DNA of 63,386 nt, the filler included, from Circinaria calcarea (taxonomy: Eukaryota), in the NCBI GenBank assembly GCA_051942165.1. It is 8 parts of 8 records of this genome, joined end to end, with 100 filler letters (N's around TTAATTAATTAA, not from the genome) between each part and the next. Parts side by side here need not be neighbours in the genome. Positions count along the whole stretch, not along the records: positions 1 to 7,843 come from JAVECS010001232.1; positions 7,944 to 15,785 come from JAVECS010001233.1; 6 more parts are not named here. One strand, 5' to 3'. Shown here piece after piece: positions 1 through 12,997 of the stretch (position 1 is its first letter; the number at the start of each line of letters is the position of its first letter). A program made the position numbers and the translations under genes. The notes beneath the pieces were generated by a model. That model did not search any database. It was not told the origin of the DNA and worked only from the letters and a program-made list of their open reading frames with translations.

Positions 1-199
1 GGATGGAGTCGGGGGGATGGAGATAGGGATAGGGTTGAAAATTGGGCAAAGCAGTCAACTCCATATTTTTGATATAGCAATATTCTCCTCGAGGGCACGA
101 TTGCGTCCGATTCAGGGGAACCGATTGGATGATAGCCCTGGTTTTTGAAAAAGGGGTTAAGAAATATTTCCGTTCTCCTCCGGGGGCGGGGGGTAGGGG

Positions 200-423
200 T
201 GTAAGGTCCTTTACGAATAATACAATGATTTTACGATTAAGGGTCGGTAAACTATGTGACAATGTGCTTCAATAAGTTCGCATAACGTGTGAATTATTAC
301 TAAAGAATTCTGGGTACAACGTTTCGCGAGAAAACCTTAGTCCTCGCCAAGCGAATACCTCATGACTTCGGTGTATAGTTTACCCGTAGGGTTCGTAAGG
401 GTTCTCTGGTGGAGGCTCTTACA
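200..423 (+). mobile_element. Solo LTR, family A, copy 1
   Basis: Starts TGTAAGG and ends CTTACA (TG...CA with short inverted termini). Aligns end to end with 52687..53049 and 61045..61263 (shared GGGTCGGTAAACT, GTTCGCATA, ACCCGTAGGGTTCGTA). No clear TSD here. Confidence 0.8.
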
Positions 424-614
424 CAAATATATTCAATAGCTCGAGATTATTTATATAATAACAGATTTCGCAAACCCAATGTTTTTCTAAAATAAGCCAG
501 ATTCCACCGGTTTTACCTTCCTATATTAAACTTGTTGTGAATTAATGGACAGTAATACAGGGTGGAATAGGCTGTATTGGCTATGGTAACTACCACTCTA
601 TGTGTATGGACTTC

Positions 615-722
615 ACTATGGAACTGCATAGCAGAAAACTCTGCTATATGTGCGTTCGGTGGATAGTTCGACCGCTCCGAATACTAGTTCCTCCACGCAG
701 TGTAGAACCCCTATTCTTGACA
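615..722 (+). repeat. Dispersed repeat, family B (probable 3' part of an LTR)
   Basis: Aligns with 23827..23933 (ACTGCAT..CAGAAA.CTCTGCTATA..TGCGT...TTCTTGACA). Similarity stops exactly at TGACA. 5' end not resolved, possibly ~535. Confidence 0.6.
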
Positions 723-1024
723 CTTGTAGCATTGTAGAGGGAGTGTTTTAATAAATTAAAAAAAGGGGAAAAGAAATCGCAGGTGCTATGATGTCAAGGA
801 TTCTTGGTATTCGCTATCCTAAGATGCCGTCTTTAATACACAAATGGTTCACCCCCCCGCTCCTTCTGCGGAAGGTCCAGGGGACCCCGTGACAGCAGGC
901 TTTTATAAGTAGAGACGGAGAATGGAAATCCCAATCGATATAGTAATGCCCTCCGACGTTATAAGGTAAATGCAGCGTAGGAGATCCGTTATGGTGAGGC
1001 AGTATAAATTGTTAATCTTAATGG

Positions 1025-2180
1025 TTAATAAGCTGTGTTTTGGAGTTTGTTATTGCCTACGTTCCCGAGGAACACCACCAAGACGGCGCAATAGCTATGG
1101 TTGAAGGCCGTTAGCGGCAGTTGCGGTCCGGGATAACAAGCGCAAAGTTGATGGAGCGTATTTGGAAAAGCAATGTGTTGTTGTACCGCATATGAAAATA
1201 GGGGGGAACTTACGCCGCAGAAGCAGCAAGGATCTCGTGACGTTGGGCCCGTGTGAAGAAGGAGAGCACAATGGAGAAGACAAGTGTAAAGCTCATCAAG
1301 ATCCCTATGCTGGCAGGATTGGAGGCTGTGAGTTCGTTCGCGGCTGATATGTGGAACAACAGATATACCGGTACCACCAGGAGAATAAAAATCACCAGGG
1401 TAATGATTAGGTTTACGAATGTTTCGATGCGCTCGCGGGTGTAGTAGTGGAGCAGCCTATTCTCGGTCTTCCCTCTTGCTTCCTGCAATGACTACGTTAG
1501 CTTGCTGCCTTACTATTCGGCCTAAGCCCGCACAGCCTTGAAGACGCCTCAGGGATACATGCTTTGGAGCAAAATATATACTGCAGAGTCCGATTAGTTT
1601 GGGCATTACGCGGCGGCTGCTCGATGAACCCACCTGGATCAATCGGCAATGGAAAGCTTTCAAAATTCGTTCTACAAAGGCGTCTAGCCACGCATGTTCC
1701 CTTCCAGGTCGTAACGTGATCAGATCTTGTTTCTCCTTGATAAATCCACAGTCGGCCTCGGACAAAGGTGCTTCGGTATCCAACCAATTTACCACACTCG
1801 TATAATCACGAGTACTTGGAGTATTCCAGGAAAGGAGCTCCTTCGATTGCCGAAGTAGTTCCCCATACTCTAGTGTCTTTTTCTCGATCCTTTGTAGCAA
1901 CTCCTTTCTCGAACTTCGCCCATGTTGATTCTTGGGTGCATCGTCCTTGCCTCTAGACCTCAAGCAGTTCTGGAACGAGTCATCTTTCCAATCCCGCTTG
2001 TCCATTTCACGCAGTTCATCTTCTAGTTCTCTCCGCTCATCTTGCTTGTAGAGGAGCAGCTTGGCATGTAAGAAGCCGAAGCGACGGTATATCGTGAAGC
2101 TGGCAGGGTAAGATCCATGCTCAAATAGCCGGCGTCTTTCTCCTGTCCCTTTCCAACGGTCTTCGTTATTCGTAGTTCCA
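1025..2180 (-). CDS. DUF6594-like membrane protein, multi-exon; 5' end uncertain
   Basis: Spliced reading FTIYRRFGFLHAKLLLYKQDE...DLITLRPGREHAWLD...FTRAQRHEILAASAA|YCAVLVVFLGNV matches the motifs I recall for this fungal family. Stop TAA at 1025-1027. No in-frame ATG found upstream of the IYRRFG motif. Confidence 0.75.
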
Positions 2181-3134
2181 CAACATCAGATCCTGGTGGC
2201 GCGCTATCCAGTAGCTTCTCCAAATGTACACATCTAGAAGCTATGTATCGGATGGCCCCGCATTACAGCTCTCCATGAGGGGACCATGGTCATCGGAGCC
2301 CTTGTGTCTTGGGTTTTTGGGCTGGCGTTGCAAGCCGCCCCCATGACAGCGGTAAATTTGGAAGAGAGCATATACCATCTCGTGCAGGAGGGTGTGCAAA
2401 TCGACCTCCGGATCGGGTTCTCCCCAGATCAAGAAGCCTGAAAGATTCCAAACACGGATGCCAACAAACGGTAAACCTCGATCTACATCAGTCCATGTTG
2501 GCCATCGTCAGCAAGCTGATTGACCTACCTATATTTACCCCGAGACTTTCTGCACAAAACGGCTGAGACGACAACCGAAGTAACCAGAAGGACTCGCTCT
2601 GGTTTAACACAACAGCGTAGAAGATATCATAATAAAGAATGACGTACCAAAGTTGAGTAGACTATAGAATTGAGAGAACATCTATATACCACTCTAATAC
2701 GCTAGCATTTTCTTTTTATTCCCCCCCCCCTCTTCCCTTCTCCTGCTTTACCCGCTCCAAGTCTTGCAAAGAAACGCTTCCATGTGCCCTCTTTTGTTTT
2801 CCCGAGAAGATTGTAAAATCGGACAAGGGGGAGCGAGAGCGAGGTCAGGGGGAAACGGGAGCCCCGCGGAAGGGAGAACGAAGAGTAAGAAGATGACAGA
2901 TATATAATTACTTACTTGGTCAGTTTATCGGCAGTGAACTCGATTTCGTTTGAGAGGTCTTGTATTTGTATTTGTATGTGTTGTGTTTCTTTGGCAAAGG
3001 GAAAAGAAAAAAAATTCACGCCGCTTGAGAATCTTTGGCAGCGCAGACAGCGCGGGCGCCTTAGGGCAATTGGAGGTTGGGTGAGGAAAGTATTGGGTAT
3101 ATATACCCCCTCTCCGCGTATTAACCCTCGCAAC

Positions 3135-4603
3135 TCACCATGCCTTTCCCTCCACAGGCGGAGTCATCTGTCCCCTTTCCCTTCCTGCTCCTCTTTCTTC
3201 CAGATTCAAATCCCCTTCACTCTCTCTTTCTTTCCGCAGCTTTCGCGTATAAACATACACATTTCTCCCCCCTTTACTCGTTCCACCCTTTGCCGCATTC
3301 AATCTTAACCCGCCAAAACTCCCATTTCCACCCATCCGCCCACTCCCATCCGACTCATTGCTATTTTCCCCCCTACCCCTCCATCTTCCCCTCAGAACCG
3401 CACTCGAAGCTGTCGAGCTCTTGCCCGGTACTGATGGCTGCGGGGAGCTCCCGATGACAGATCGGAGGATCGGGCGCATGGTGGGGAGGCAGGCGGAGAC
3501 GACGGCGATGTTGGGTTCAACGAGGTTCCAGAGGACGCCCGGGAAGAAGTTCCCTGCCGGGGGGGTTAGTCAGTTGGGTTGTGGTTTCTTTAGGGAAAGG
3601 AGAAGGGGACTCCCCGGGGGGGGATTACAAACAGGTAGGATCGATGTGTTTGAGCTGCAACCAGACGACGAGGCGGATGACAGAGACGACGGTGACGCTT
3701 TGGGGAAAGGGGTTAGTATCGAAAGGAAGAGAGCAATGGCGTCAAATTTGGGGTAAAAACGTACAAAGCACCGACAAGGAAAACGGCCGTGACGGCGAGT
3801 CTCTGCGCTCGAGTGATTTGCAAGGTCCATACAAAAGGGAGAGGCATGAAGAGAAGGATGATATCGGTAAGGATGTTTGGCACAGCTGTTCCGATCAGGA
3901 ATTTCCTAATGTCGAAGCAGTGGCCGTGCACGCTGGGATTCCAGAGGGAGCTGGCGGGTACGCATTTGAAGATCGCACCGAGTTCCTACGGCTAGACTAT
4001 TAGACGGTGCTTTTTTTGGTCTTGGGTGGCTCTGGCAGTACTCACAGCGGCAATGAACCACGCTGTCACCACCCCGAACATGATGTAAAACGGTAGCTTG
4101 AGGTGTGTGACTTTGAATATCCGCCAGTAGAAGCACAGAATGGAGTACTTGACTAGGGTGGTGGTGATTGCATAGGTGATTTCCAATATATATAAAGCTT
4201 TGTAGACGTTGTGCACTCCTTTGCGGCTGGTGGTGACCGCATGCTTCCCGATTCCAAATCGCGTCACTGCGTCGACCTATTAGAGGAGCTTCAGAACTAT
4301 TGGTGGAATGGAGAAACATACAAAGTATACCGAGGATCAAGGTACTGGAACAGGTTATCTAACTTGTTGTTAGAGACTTCAACCAACCGGCTACCGCCAC
4401 TAGGGTGTCAGCCCAGTTCATGGGAGAAAAAGTACCAATGCCATAAGAGCAAGCCAGTCATCCCACCAGTAGCCCACTCTTGCTAATCTTCTAGACAGGA
4501 AACGTAAAAACACAGCGACACCAGCCAAAGTGTAGACAGCAATTGTGGCAGCAAGTAGTATGGGCCCCTTGTCTACCGTTTCATGGACTGTTGTTGCCAT
4601 CAT
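3135..4603 (-). CDS. Pth11-like (fungal rhodopsin-domain) integral membrane protein, no CFEM domain
   Basis: LRFLSRR...WWDDW, GIGKH, KYSILCFYWRIF, NILTDIILLFMPLPFVWTLQ, VEPNIAVVSACLPTMRP over several GT-AG introns. Confidence 0.9.
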
Positions 4604-5658
4604 TCGACATGGCAGTACAAGATGGACATTCCGGGAAAGGAAAGCAAAGCAAAGGAAGAGTCTGGTCATGTACCTATGAACCTTCCAGCCAGTCGTCTTG
4701 CTTAGAACCTAGATATGGCTCTTACGGTAAAGGCTGGATAACACGAACGCATGTTGCAAATACGTGCCGTACGCTCATCTTGAGGCAGAGCGCAGTGCCA
4801 ATCATCGCACCTAGAACATAGGGGATCCAGGGACGGATTCTTTGCTAAATATCAGACTCCTCCGGCACCAATGATTCCAAAGACGCAAAGGAAGGTTGAA
4901 AACTAGGAAGCAGGTATAAACGAGAAACGTGGAAAGCCGCAGGCATAACTGCCAGCATTCCCGGTATCAAGATAGACGATGCAACCTGCCTGTATGACAC
5001 CATTAAGCGTGGGGTGCCACAAGCCGGACGACCAGATATAGATAGATGATTGGCTCAGCCCAATAAACCCAATGGCAAGGGTGAAAACAGAGTGCCTCCG
5101 AACGTTGGTTGTATGAGATCAATCTCAAAGTCTAATGTAGGTTACAGTGGTAGTTTTCCTGTCACAGCACCTGCTGCGGCCTGCATCAGCTGAGTCAGCT
5201 CGTAAACTTAGATCCATGGGTTTCATCCAATACGTGTGTAATAATAGACTCGTTGGTATTATTGCACAACCTCCTCCCACAGAATCTCGAGATAGATTCT
5301 CTTCTAACCTGGTGTCGCGAATACCTAACCTCGACTTCTCGGTCTCGCGTACATCACCCGGTCCCAAAATTTCGTTATCCTCGCCGTTTTTCAGAAACGA
5401 GGCGCCTGCCAAAAGTACAACGTCCTGGGCATCCGTAATGATCTTTAGGGTGACCGTAATTAGTACTGGCACCTGTTGTCGCTTGCGCGGCGTTGACGTA
5501 AGGTTCCATTCCCCCAGATCCAAGACTCAGCTCTACCCACAAGAACTCCTCGGTCCTTTATGTAAGGAATTTCACGCCAGTTGCGTCCTACCTTGCCTCT
5601 CATTCAATATCTCTTCCCCCCCAAAAAAACCTCCAGACCCCGAACCCCATGCCTGAAC

Positions 5659-6659
5659 CTACGCGGTTGTTGCACTTCCTCCGGTCCTCTTCCGTATGCC
5701 AGCCTCCCACAGCTCCCTCAGCCTCGGCAACGCCTTCTGGTTTCCAACCTCATCCCTCTTCACCCTGATCCTGATCGGTGTCTCCTCTTTGTCCATGCGT
5801 AAATCTACCATCCCGAACACCGGCACCCTTCCCTCGAGATCTTCTGCCATGATGGTCTTGTTCGAGACTCGGAAGCCTGAGTAGTAGCCTTGCCGAGATA
5901 TGTAAGCTTGGTGATTGAGGGTCGAAGGTGAAACGTGGATTTGGACTTCGCGTAGCGGGGGCTGAGGATCATCGATGGATGACGGTATCTGGACTGAAGA
6001 GGAGGGTAGTGGGAAGGGCAATGGAGGGTTGGCAACGGGAACAGAAGAGGATGGCGGTGTCGAATCAGGAGGAACAGGGGATGGTTCAGGTGGAGGATTT
6101 GACAAGGCTTGGACGCTCGGGAATGTAGTACCCCACGGCTTTCGATCCTTCAGCTCCTTGATAGCCGCATCGTCTGCGTCCGATATGGGCCGTTTAACAC
6201 CCGTTATCTGGTCTTCGATTGAATCCTCAACCACTTGTCGCGTGGCCTCTTGCGTAGAGTCTGACCGTATTCCAATCCTCTGATCGTCTCGTCGTTGGTT
6301 CTCGTCCCCGGCATTAAGCCCGTACTCCTTCACCTTCCCTTCACTTGTTCCAAACACAAATCTCATCGGACTAGCCTTCATGGCTTTCTCAGCGCCGGTG
6401 GTGTACCGATAGATGGCGAGAGCCGAATTGGGCGCGGGAGCTTGCGGTTCATACTGTACTTGACCGATCGATCAGCTGCCGCGATTAGACTTGGGCAAAA
6501 AGCCCAGCACACCTTAAGATGCTTAAACATGACCACTTCCCCATACCTCTCCAGCACGCGCAGCACCTGGCGCGATTCAGCGAGATTCCGGGGCCGGGGA
6601 TGGATCTTGATATGTACAGCCCGGCCGGCGACTACACTCGCTGTACGAATAGTCGCCAT
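5659..6659 (-). CDS. Fungal hypothetical protein, 2 exons
   Basis: Exon 1 MATIRTASVVAGRAVHIKIHPRPRNLAESRQVLRVLERYGEVVMFKHLK splices (GTGTGC...TACAG) to YEPQAPAPNSALAIY... which runs into ORF 5659..6381. Confidence 0.75.
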
Positions 6660-7044
6660 TGTCAGCCGTGTAAAGATTACATTAATTGTAATAGGAATTA
6701 GGTGATGGAAGTAATTAGGTAGGGAGGTTCCGCTTAGTCATCAGATCACCTATGGTAGAATAGTGGAGTGGTTAGAGTACGGCAGGTATTAGACGATGGT
6801 ATGAGCTGAACTCCGAGAGGGTCGATAACTTGGATAGACTTCAGGGTGATTAAAATGATCAGGATAAGGGATTTGGAGTTAACAATAAGCTAACCAATCC
6901 GACGCAATCCATAAAGTAACCATCCATCGACCATCTGGGCCCAGCAAGGTCCAGCGGCAGCCCACCTTCTCTCCAAACCCTAACCTGCGTATCCCAGAGT
7001 CCCAACTCGAGAATCTTATCCTCTTCATCTATACCTTATCACCT

Positions 7045-7843
7045 TCACTCCGGAATCAAGCGATTTCTCTTCCGAATCTCCGTCCACCTCGTCATGGCTC
7101 CCAGCTCCAACAGGCTCATCCGCCGCGTCGTCCCGCTCGGCCGGCCGATAATCACTGGCTTCCATTCGTCCTCAGGCCCGCTCAGCACATTGGTGCCGTA
7201 GCGCTCCGCCGGCACCACCTGGACCGTCCGCACGCGCGTCAGGATGGCGATGAGGAGTAGGGTTAGGGCTAGCAAGATACCGGCCACGATGGCCGTCGCC
7301 CGCTGCGCGCCGATCCGGCGCACGACTGCGCCACCGGTGGCGCTGGCGGCCGCAGCGATGAGAAAGGCAAAGGACTGCGTGATGGCAAAGGCCGCGGTGA
7401 CGCGAGGGAAGCACGAAAAGTTGGTTCGTCTTTTCCTCACTTCCTCCGGCAATATCCGTCGGGGGCGACCGGTCATCCCTGGCTGAAGGTCCGAGGTATC
7501 ATACGTCTCCATGATGATACCATTGCATTCCGCAATCGCGAGGTTGGAGAGGAATCCAATCAGGCCGGCAAAGAGCGTCGGGAGGATGAAGGGGATGTGA
7601 CGGCCGCCCGAGGTGAGCGTATATGCCAAGCCGGCAAACGGCAGTACGATCATGAATATCGCTCGACGGACGAGGTGCGAAGTCCAGGTGACGCGCTTCT
7701 CGAACGTCATGCTATCAGTGCGAGGGGGATGGTGTCTCGACCGACTAAAGAGAGACGCTTTCTGAAAAGGAATAGCCAGCAGTGCGCCAATGGGAATGGC
7801 CATCACACAGAGACCGACATACTGCGGGCGGAACCGATAGTAT
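7045..7843 (-). CDS. MFS transporter-like protein, C-terminal part (truncated by contig end)
   Basis: Open frame with several hydrophobic helices (AIFMIVLPFAGLAY, FAGLIGFLSNLAIAECNGIIMETYD, AFAITQSFAFLIAAAASATGG). Confidence 0.75.
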
Positions 7844-7943
7844 NNNNNNNNNNNNNNNNNNNNNNNNNNNNNNNNNNNNNNNNNNNNTTAATTAATTAAN
7901 NNNNNNNNNNNNNNNNNNNNNNNNNNNNNNNNNNNNNNNNNNN
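7844..7943. other. Artificial contig linker
   Basis: N44-TTAATTAATTAA-N44; stops in all six frames. Confidence 0.99.
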
Positions 7944-8047
7944 TGTATAGGCTTTCCCACTATTCCAAGTCCTGAGAGTGGCTAGCGCTCAGCGGACACT
8001 TGACACGCCTAAATCAAGTATACTCAAGCCGCTGACATAACTCACAG

Positions 8048-8232
8048 GCCGCAGGACATGCGTGGGCAAAAACTTGGCACTTACACAGATCCGTCTCGTG
8101 ACCGCTATCCTACTTATGAAATACCGCGTGCGTTTCGCACCAGGAGAGAACGGAATATCGGTAGAACGTGATATGAAAGACCAGCTTACAGCGCGACCGG
8201 GGGAATTCAAAGTTGTATTCGAGCCTAGGTGA
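8048..8232 (+). CDS. Cytochrome P450, last exon only
   Basis: After a CTGAC...CACAG acceptor: GRRTCVGKNLALTQIRLVTAILLMKYRVRFAPGE...FKVVFEPR*, containing the haem-ligand Cys motif GxRxCxG. Confidence 0.85.
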
Positions 8233-8651
8233 ATATGCAACATGAAAGGGAATCCGGTAGACTCATTAGTTTATATAAAAAGGCCCTTTTTGAGTGCATC
8301 CTTCTTCACTTATGATTATAAACCGATAGCCTCCCTATGTTCGATGCCAGGGTGTAGATAATATGGACTCTGACCTCTCAAGTGTCAGTAGGCCGCATTC
8401 AGCCTAGAGTCTATAGACAGAATAGCACTTGAAAGTTCATGTGCTCGCCTACTATATCAAGGTTCGCTGTGCCTTGGAAGCTGCACGTCCACTTTGATTC
8501 ACAGCAAGATTACCTTGTTTCAGTGGCTTTGGCACAGGCGCGTCATATGGAGTGAATGACAACCATGGATTACTACAGTAGAGATGGTCATCTACCGTTA
8601 CCCACTAATTGATGGTGAAGTACTTACAACTGCTCTTCCTATCGAGCTACA

Positions 8652-10475
8652 ATGCGCTCCCAATTGATCGGCAAACGGCTTCGAAGCACCTCCCTGAGCA
8701 ATCTACCACCCTCACAGACCTCGGAAAACTACTCCCCAGACCTTGCAAACATAGCAGCGCATATTCTTTACCGTTCCCCGTTGCCATCGGAGAACGATCT
8801 TCCCATTTTCATCCTTAACGCCGCGGCTCTTCCAGATGCCAAAGAAAACACCTACGACGCTTTGCTACCTTATGTACTCGCTAGACTACCAGACGAGGAA
8901 GAATTAGTTGGTGGGAAAGGGTACGAGCTCATATGCTTTGCCAGTGGGGAAGACGGAGGAGCTTCAAACACTAAGAAAGAGCGGCCTGGATGGGGCTTTT
9001 TACTACAGGCATACCATGTCCTGACCAGGGCAATGAGAAAGAGGTTACAAAGGTTGTATCTAGTCCATGAGAGGACCTGGATTAGATTGATGGTGGAGAC
9101 TTTCTCGACTATCGTGAGTCCTAAGTTTAGAAAGAAAATCATCCACGGTGAGTACTTGAGCTCGTAGAACGAGAATTGAGAGAGATGCTAATCATTGATA
9201 TGTATAGTCTCATGCCTCAGCGCTCTTGCCTTGTATATTCCGATCGAGGATTTACTCATTCCTCCATCCGCCTACCTATATGACCGTCGCGGCTCTTCGG
9301 ACATTCACGTTCCATATGTGAGTGGTAGGCGTGCATTTGGTGTGTCGGTGCCACTTCCAATCTCTTCAGCGAGAACCCCTAGGCTTCCTAGGGTACTAAG
9401 AGAGGCCACAAGTTTCGTGCTAATGGATCAAAATATCAAGACCGAAGGGATATTTCGAGTCAACGCGCGTGTCATAACGGTAGATGTTCTCAAGGAGGCT
9501 TATGAGAGGGGACAAAAATTCATAGTATGGAGGGAAGGACAATGTGTATCAACATTCAGCCATTGGAAGGAAGGACACGGAGACGTCATGGTGGAAGATG
9601 TGGAACAGACCGAAGGATTTGGATTGTTTCCGGCCGCCGGACTGATAAAGCGGTGGTACGCTGAGCTTCGACATCCAATTTTCGCCGAGTCGTGTTATTC
9701 CCAACTAGAATGGCTTTTTGGGGATGGCCAAACCACAGTAGAGGTCTCCTCTTTACGCGATCTGATTTGTGTGGATGCAGAATGGTCACTTCTCAGCAGG
9801 ACTTCTAGGCAAATTATGTACATGCATCTCCTCCCTCTTCTATCCAAGGTTGCCGAATACCAAGACTGGAATCAGATGACCCCTTATAACCTTGCCGTTT
9901 GCTTTGCGCCCAACCTCGTGCGCGGTCGAGACGCTATTATAGATGCAAGAATAGCTGGTGTGGTGCGTCGTATCCTAGAAGCTGCGATAATACACTGGAG
10001 GTCGGAAATATCGCCAAGCTGTGGAATGGATCATTGGCAGTTTGAGGAATCTCTGAGAGCTCCAGAGTCCAGAGAGGACCGGGAAGATCCACAGGAAGTA
10101 ATCAAGTCGACCCTACTACCAAACCAAGTTGCAGGGGTCATCACACTTGTCGATAACGAAGACATTACTAAAGATGGTCCTGAGAGTAAACCACCTCTTC
10201 CACCTAGACCTGATAAAACACGGCCGATGCTCATAGATGGCAATACTCCTCTAAGGAGGAAACCTGCGCCAACTGTTCAAGCACCCCCGCGATACTCCAC
10301 ACTCATTCTACAGAGCCCGGTTGATACAAATTTGGCACCAACACATGGTGGAATTCCTACTGAACATAGTACGATGGACCCTCATCAATACCAAGATTTC
10401 AGGGACGGAACATCGAGCTCTATGCAGGCTGTGGTACCGCGGAAGCCCTTGCCCGAGAGCTCAAAAAGCAGCTAA
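8652..10475 (+). CDS. ECM25: CRAL-TRIO + RhoGAP domain protein (Ecm25-like), 2 exons
   Basis: YHVLTRAMRKRLQRLYLVH...SPKFRKKIIH (CRAL-TRIO_2-like); one intron near 9148-9208; TEGIFRV and NQMTPYNLAVCFAPNL (RhoGAP). Confidence 0.8.
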
Positions 10476-11872
10476 GAATATGCTAATGGCATCTGTCTTC
10501 AACGCTGGGCAAAACATGACAGCTTAACTTAAGAGCTTCGTTCCTGAAAAATCGCCCAATAATACACCCTAGAAGAACACTTTACATGTCATTGGAGGAG
10601 AATTCTTCTAAAAACAGAACCCATGGGGCACGGCACCCATCATGAACATTTGCATAGAGACGAGCCTGCGCAGCATGCTTACATGCTTGATACGTAGGCA
10701 TATACTTAATTCCTCGGGTTGGATAAAACATTAGTTTCTGGGCGATATCTAGTACCCTTGGACTCTGTGTCTCACCGTGGTCAAAACTTTGAGGGTTTTG
10801 GCAGGATTGGCATATTGTTTGAAAGCTAGGCAGGACTTCAGCAGAATCCTGGACTGCATACACCGCAGACGGTGGATAGCTTGTATTTCCTCACAGGATG
10901 GTTGTACGTCCTCCATGGTTACCCTTTTTAACTCTTCCCTTTTCTAATCTGTACTAGCTAAACATTGGGTACATGACAATGTATTTCCTAAGGAACTTCT
11001 CTTAATGGTCCTTGAAACTATCCCCTGATTGGGCAAGTGCTTGCAAACTTTCAGAGGGCACACACCTACACCAAATTATGTTTAAATTTATCTAGCTCGT
11101 ACGAACGATCTCTTCGAGACTTGGGTATAACGGGAGGTTATCGTCCCCGTCGGGCTCTCGGGTTCACCTGTCTGGGCGGCCTGTGGCTTACCACAACGTA
11201 TGTTAAAACACATATCTGCCTGCTTCTCTTGCATAAGGGTATGACTAGGTAGAGGCGCTGACAAGATGTCGAGACCGAAGTCTTTAAATTCGGCTTAATA
11301 ACAGACTGCTACATAGGGTAACTTGGTCTTTTCCCAGATGCAATACATGACAGCATCCCAGATCAGCAGCTGCAAACCCATCAAGTATAGAACGAAAACC
11401 GTAAAGCCAGAGATCCCGTAGCTCACCCCTCACACCACATATATTACTCCTTATAAAAATAGAGTCTCATAAATCTGGGAGTCCATTTCGGACACGTCTA
11501 TGCTTATATGAAATCCCCGTTCAAGTGAAGGCCTCATCTCTAACATTCGTATCTGGGGATTCTCCCGGCACTCATCTCCAAGACCGTGTAAGCAACAGAT
11601 ACCTGGACAGTGGATTGGGCGGTTGAGATGGAGAGTTGGGATGTTGAGGTGTTTATTCTTGGCTACTAGGGCTCGTTTGTGAGTGTGAAGGAGATCAACT
11701 TGAGTTTACATCGGTTTTACAGCTTACCTAAATGGTAGGGCGGCGCTTGATCTATTCCAGATCAGGGCGAGGACTCGGAAAACATTTCTTGGCTTCTTTC
11801 CTATTGGACATCAACCCAGTATGTCATTGGAAAACCTATGACATTCTTGTTTGAGAGCTCTTAACAACTGCA

Positions 11873-12997
11873 ATGCAAAAGGTTCTCCGTCGTACTGCAC
11901 TTGCAAAGCGTCAAGCAGCCCGTCGAGAAGCGAACCGTGCTGCTAAAGATAGATCAGATGATCGAAAACTACGAGTACAGGAACAGTCCCTAATCAACAC
12001 CGATTTTCGGACCAGGATCATTGCCGCTCGTAATTCCCGGAGGGAAGACTGGTTTCTAGGACCGTTGGCGCCAAAGAGAGATGTTGGTGATGCAAAAGAT
12101 ACTTATGGTACAATTGGTACACAGGGTTTAAGAGGGGTGGAGAAGGCGAAAGGGGAGTGGAAGGACTGGTGTATCGAGGAAGGAGACAGGGTCGTAATTG
12201 TCGAGGACGGACACAGGGACAGAGGCAAAATTGGGAAAGTCCGTGAAGTAAGGGCACGGGCGGAAGAGTGTACGGTTGAGGGTTTGAACCTGGTAAATTA
12301 CCTGCCTCTCATTGAACTCTTGAATGTTGCAAAATACGAGAGCTGTTTACTAAGTCTCTTCTGATAGGCCGATGTAGCCATACCAGACTACATGTTGACG
12401 AAGGAGAGCGACAAACGCCCTTTCCGCACTTACGACTGCCCCATTCCACTTCGCTCTGTCCGCCTTGTATATCCATTACCACACCCGGAGACAGGAATAC
12501 TGCGGGACGTTGTCATTCAAGAGCTTCGGAAATACAAAAATCCTCCGAAAGGAAGTACGGATCTGAGGCCGCGAAGGTACATCGCCGGGCTCGATCCTCC
12601 TACGAATGTCCCTTATCCAGAAAAGGAGCCGGAAGAGTTTGAAGATAACGACGTCGATACACTACGAATTGAAGTTGAGGAGAGGACTTGGGTGCCCACC
12701 TTAAGGCAACCACCTATGCCATCAAGTATTATCGACGAGTTACGCAATAAATACAGCAAATTCCGCGACCGACATGACGACTCTTTCATTGCCAAGAAGC
12801 TGAGAGAAGAGGAAGAAGCTGCAGAGAGGAAGAATAGCACAAAGAAGATGATGACACCGCTGAAGGAATTGCATAGGAAGGAGAGGGCGGAGAAGAAGGC
12901 GCGGGGAAAGCCACAGCTGAGCGAGGAGACACTGCATAAGATCGGAGAAGTCATGGCGAGGAGCATGCCCTCACGATCAGCGGAACCGACTCTGTAG
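11873..12997 (+). CDS. MRPL40: Mitochondrial ribosomal protein uL24m (KOW motif), 2 exons
   Basis: REDWFLGPLAPKRD, GDRVVIVEDGHRDRGKIGKV (KOW), TWVPTLRQPPMPSSIIDELRNKYSKFR; intron GTAAAT...GATAG near 12293-12367. Confidence 0.85.

Noticed and set aside
5125..5656. Overlapping 132-aa and 169-aa ORFs on opposite strands
   Set aside because: Non-ATG starts and no recognisable motifs or splice structure.
7888..7899. Recurrent TTAATTAATTAA palindrome about every 7.9 kb as a biological repeat
   Set aside because: Always embedded in N44 runs; it is a synthetic linker.
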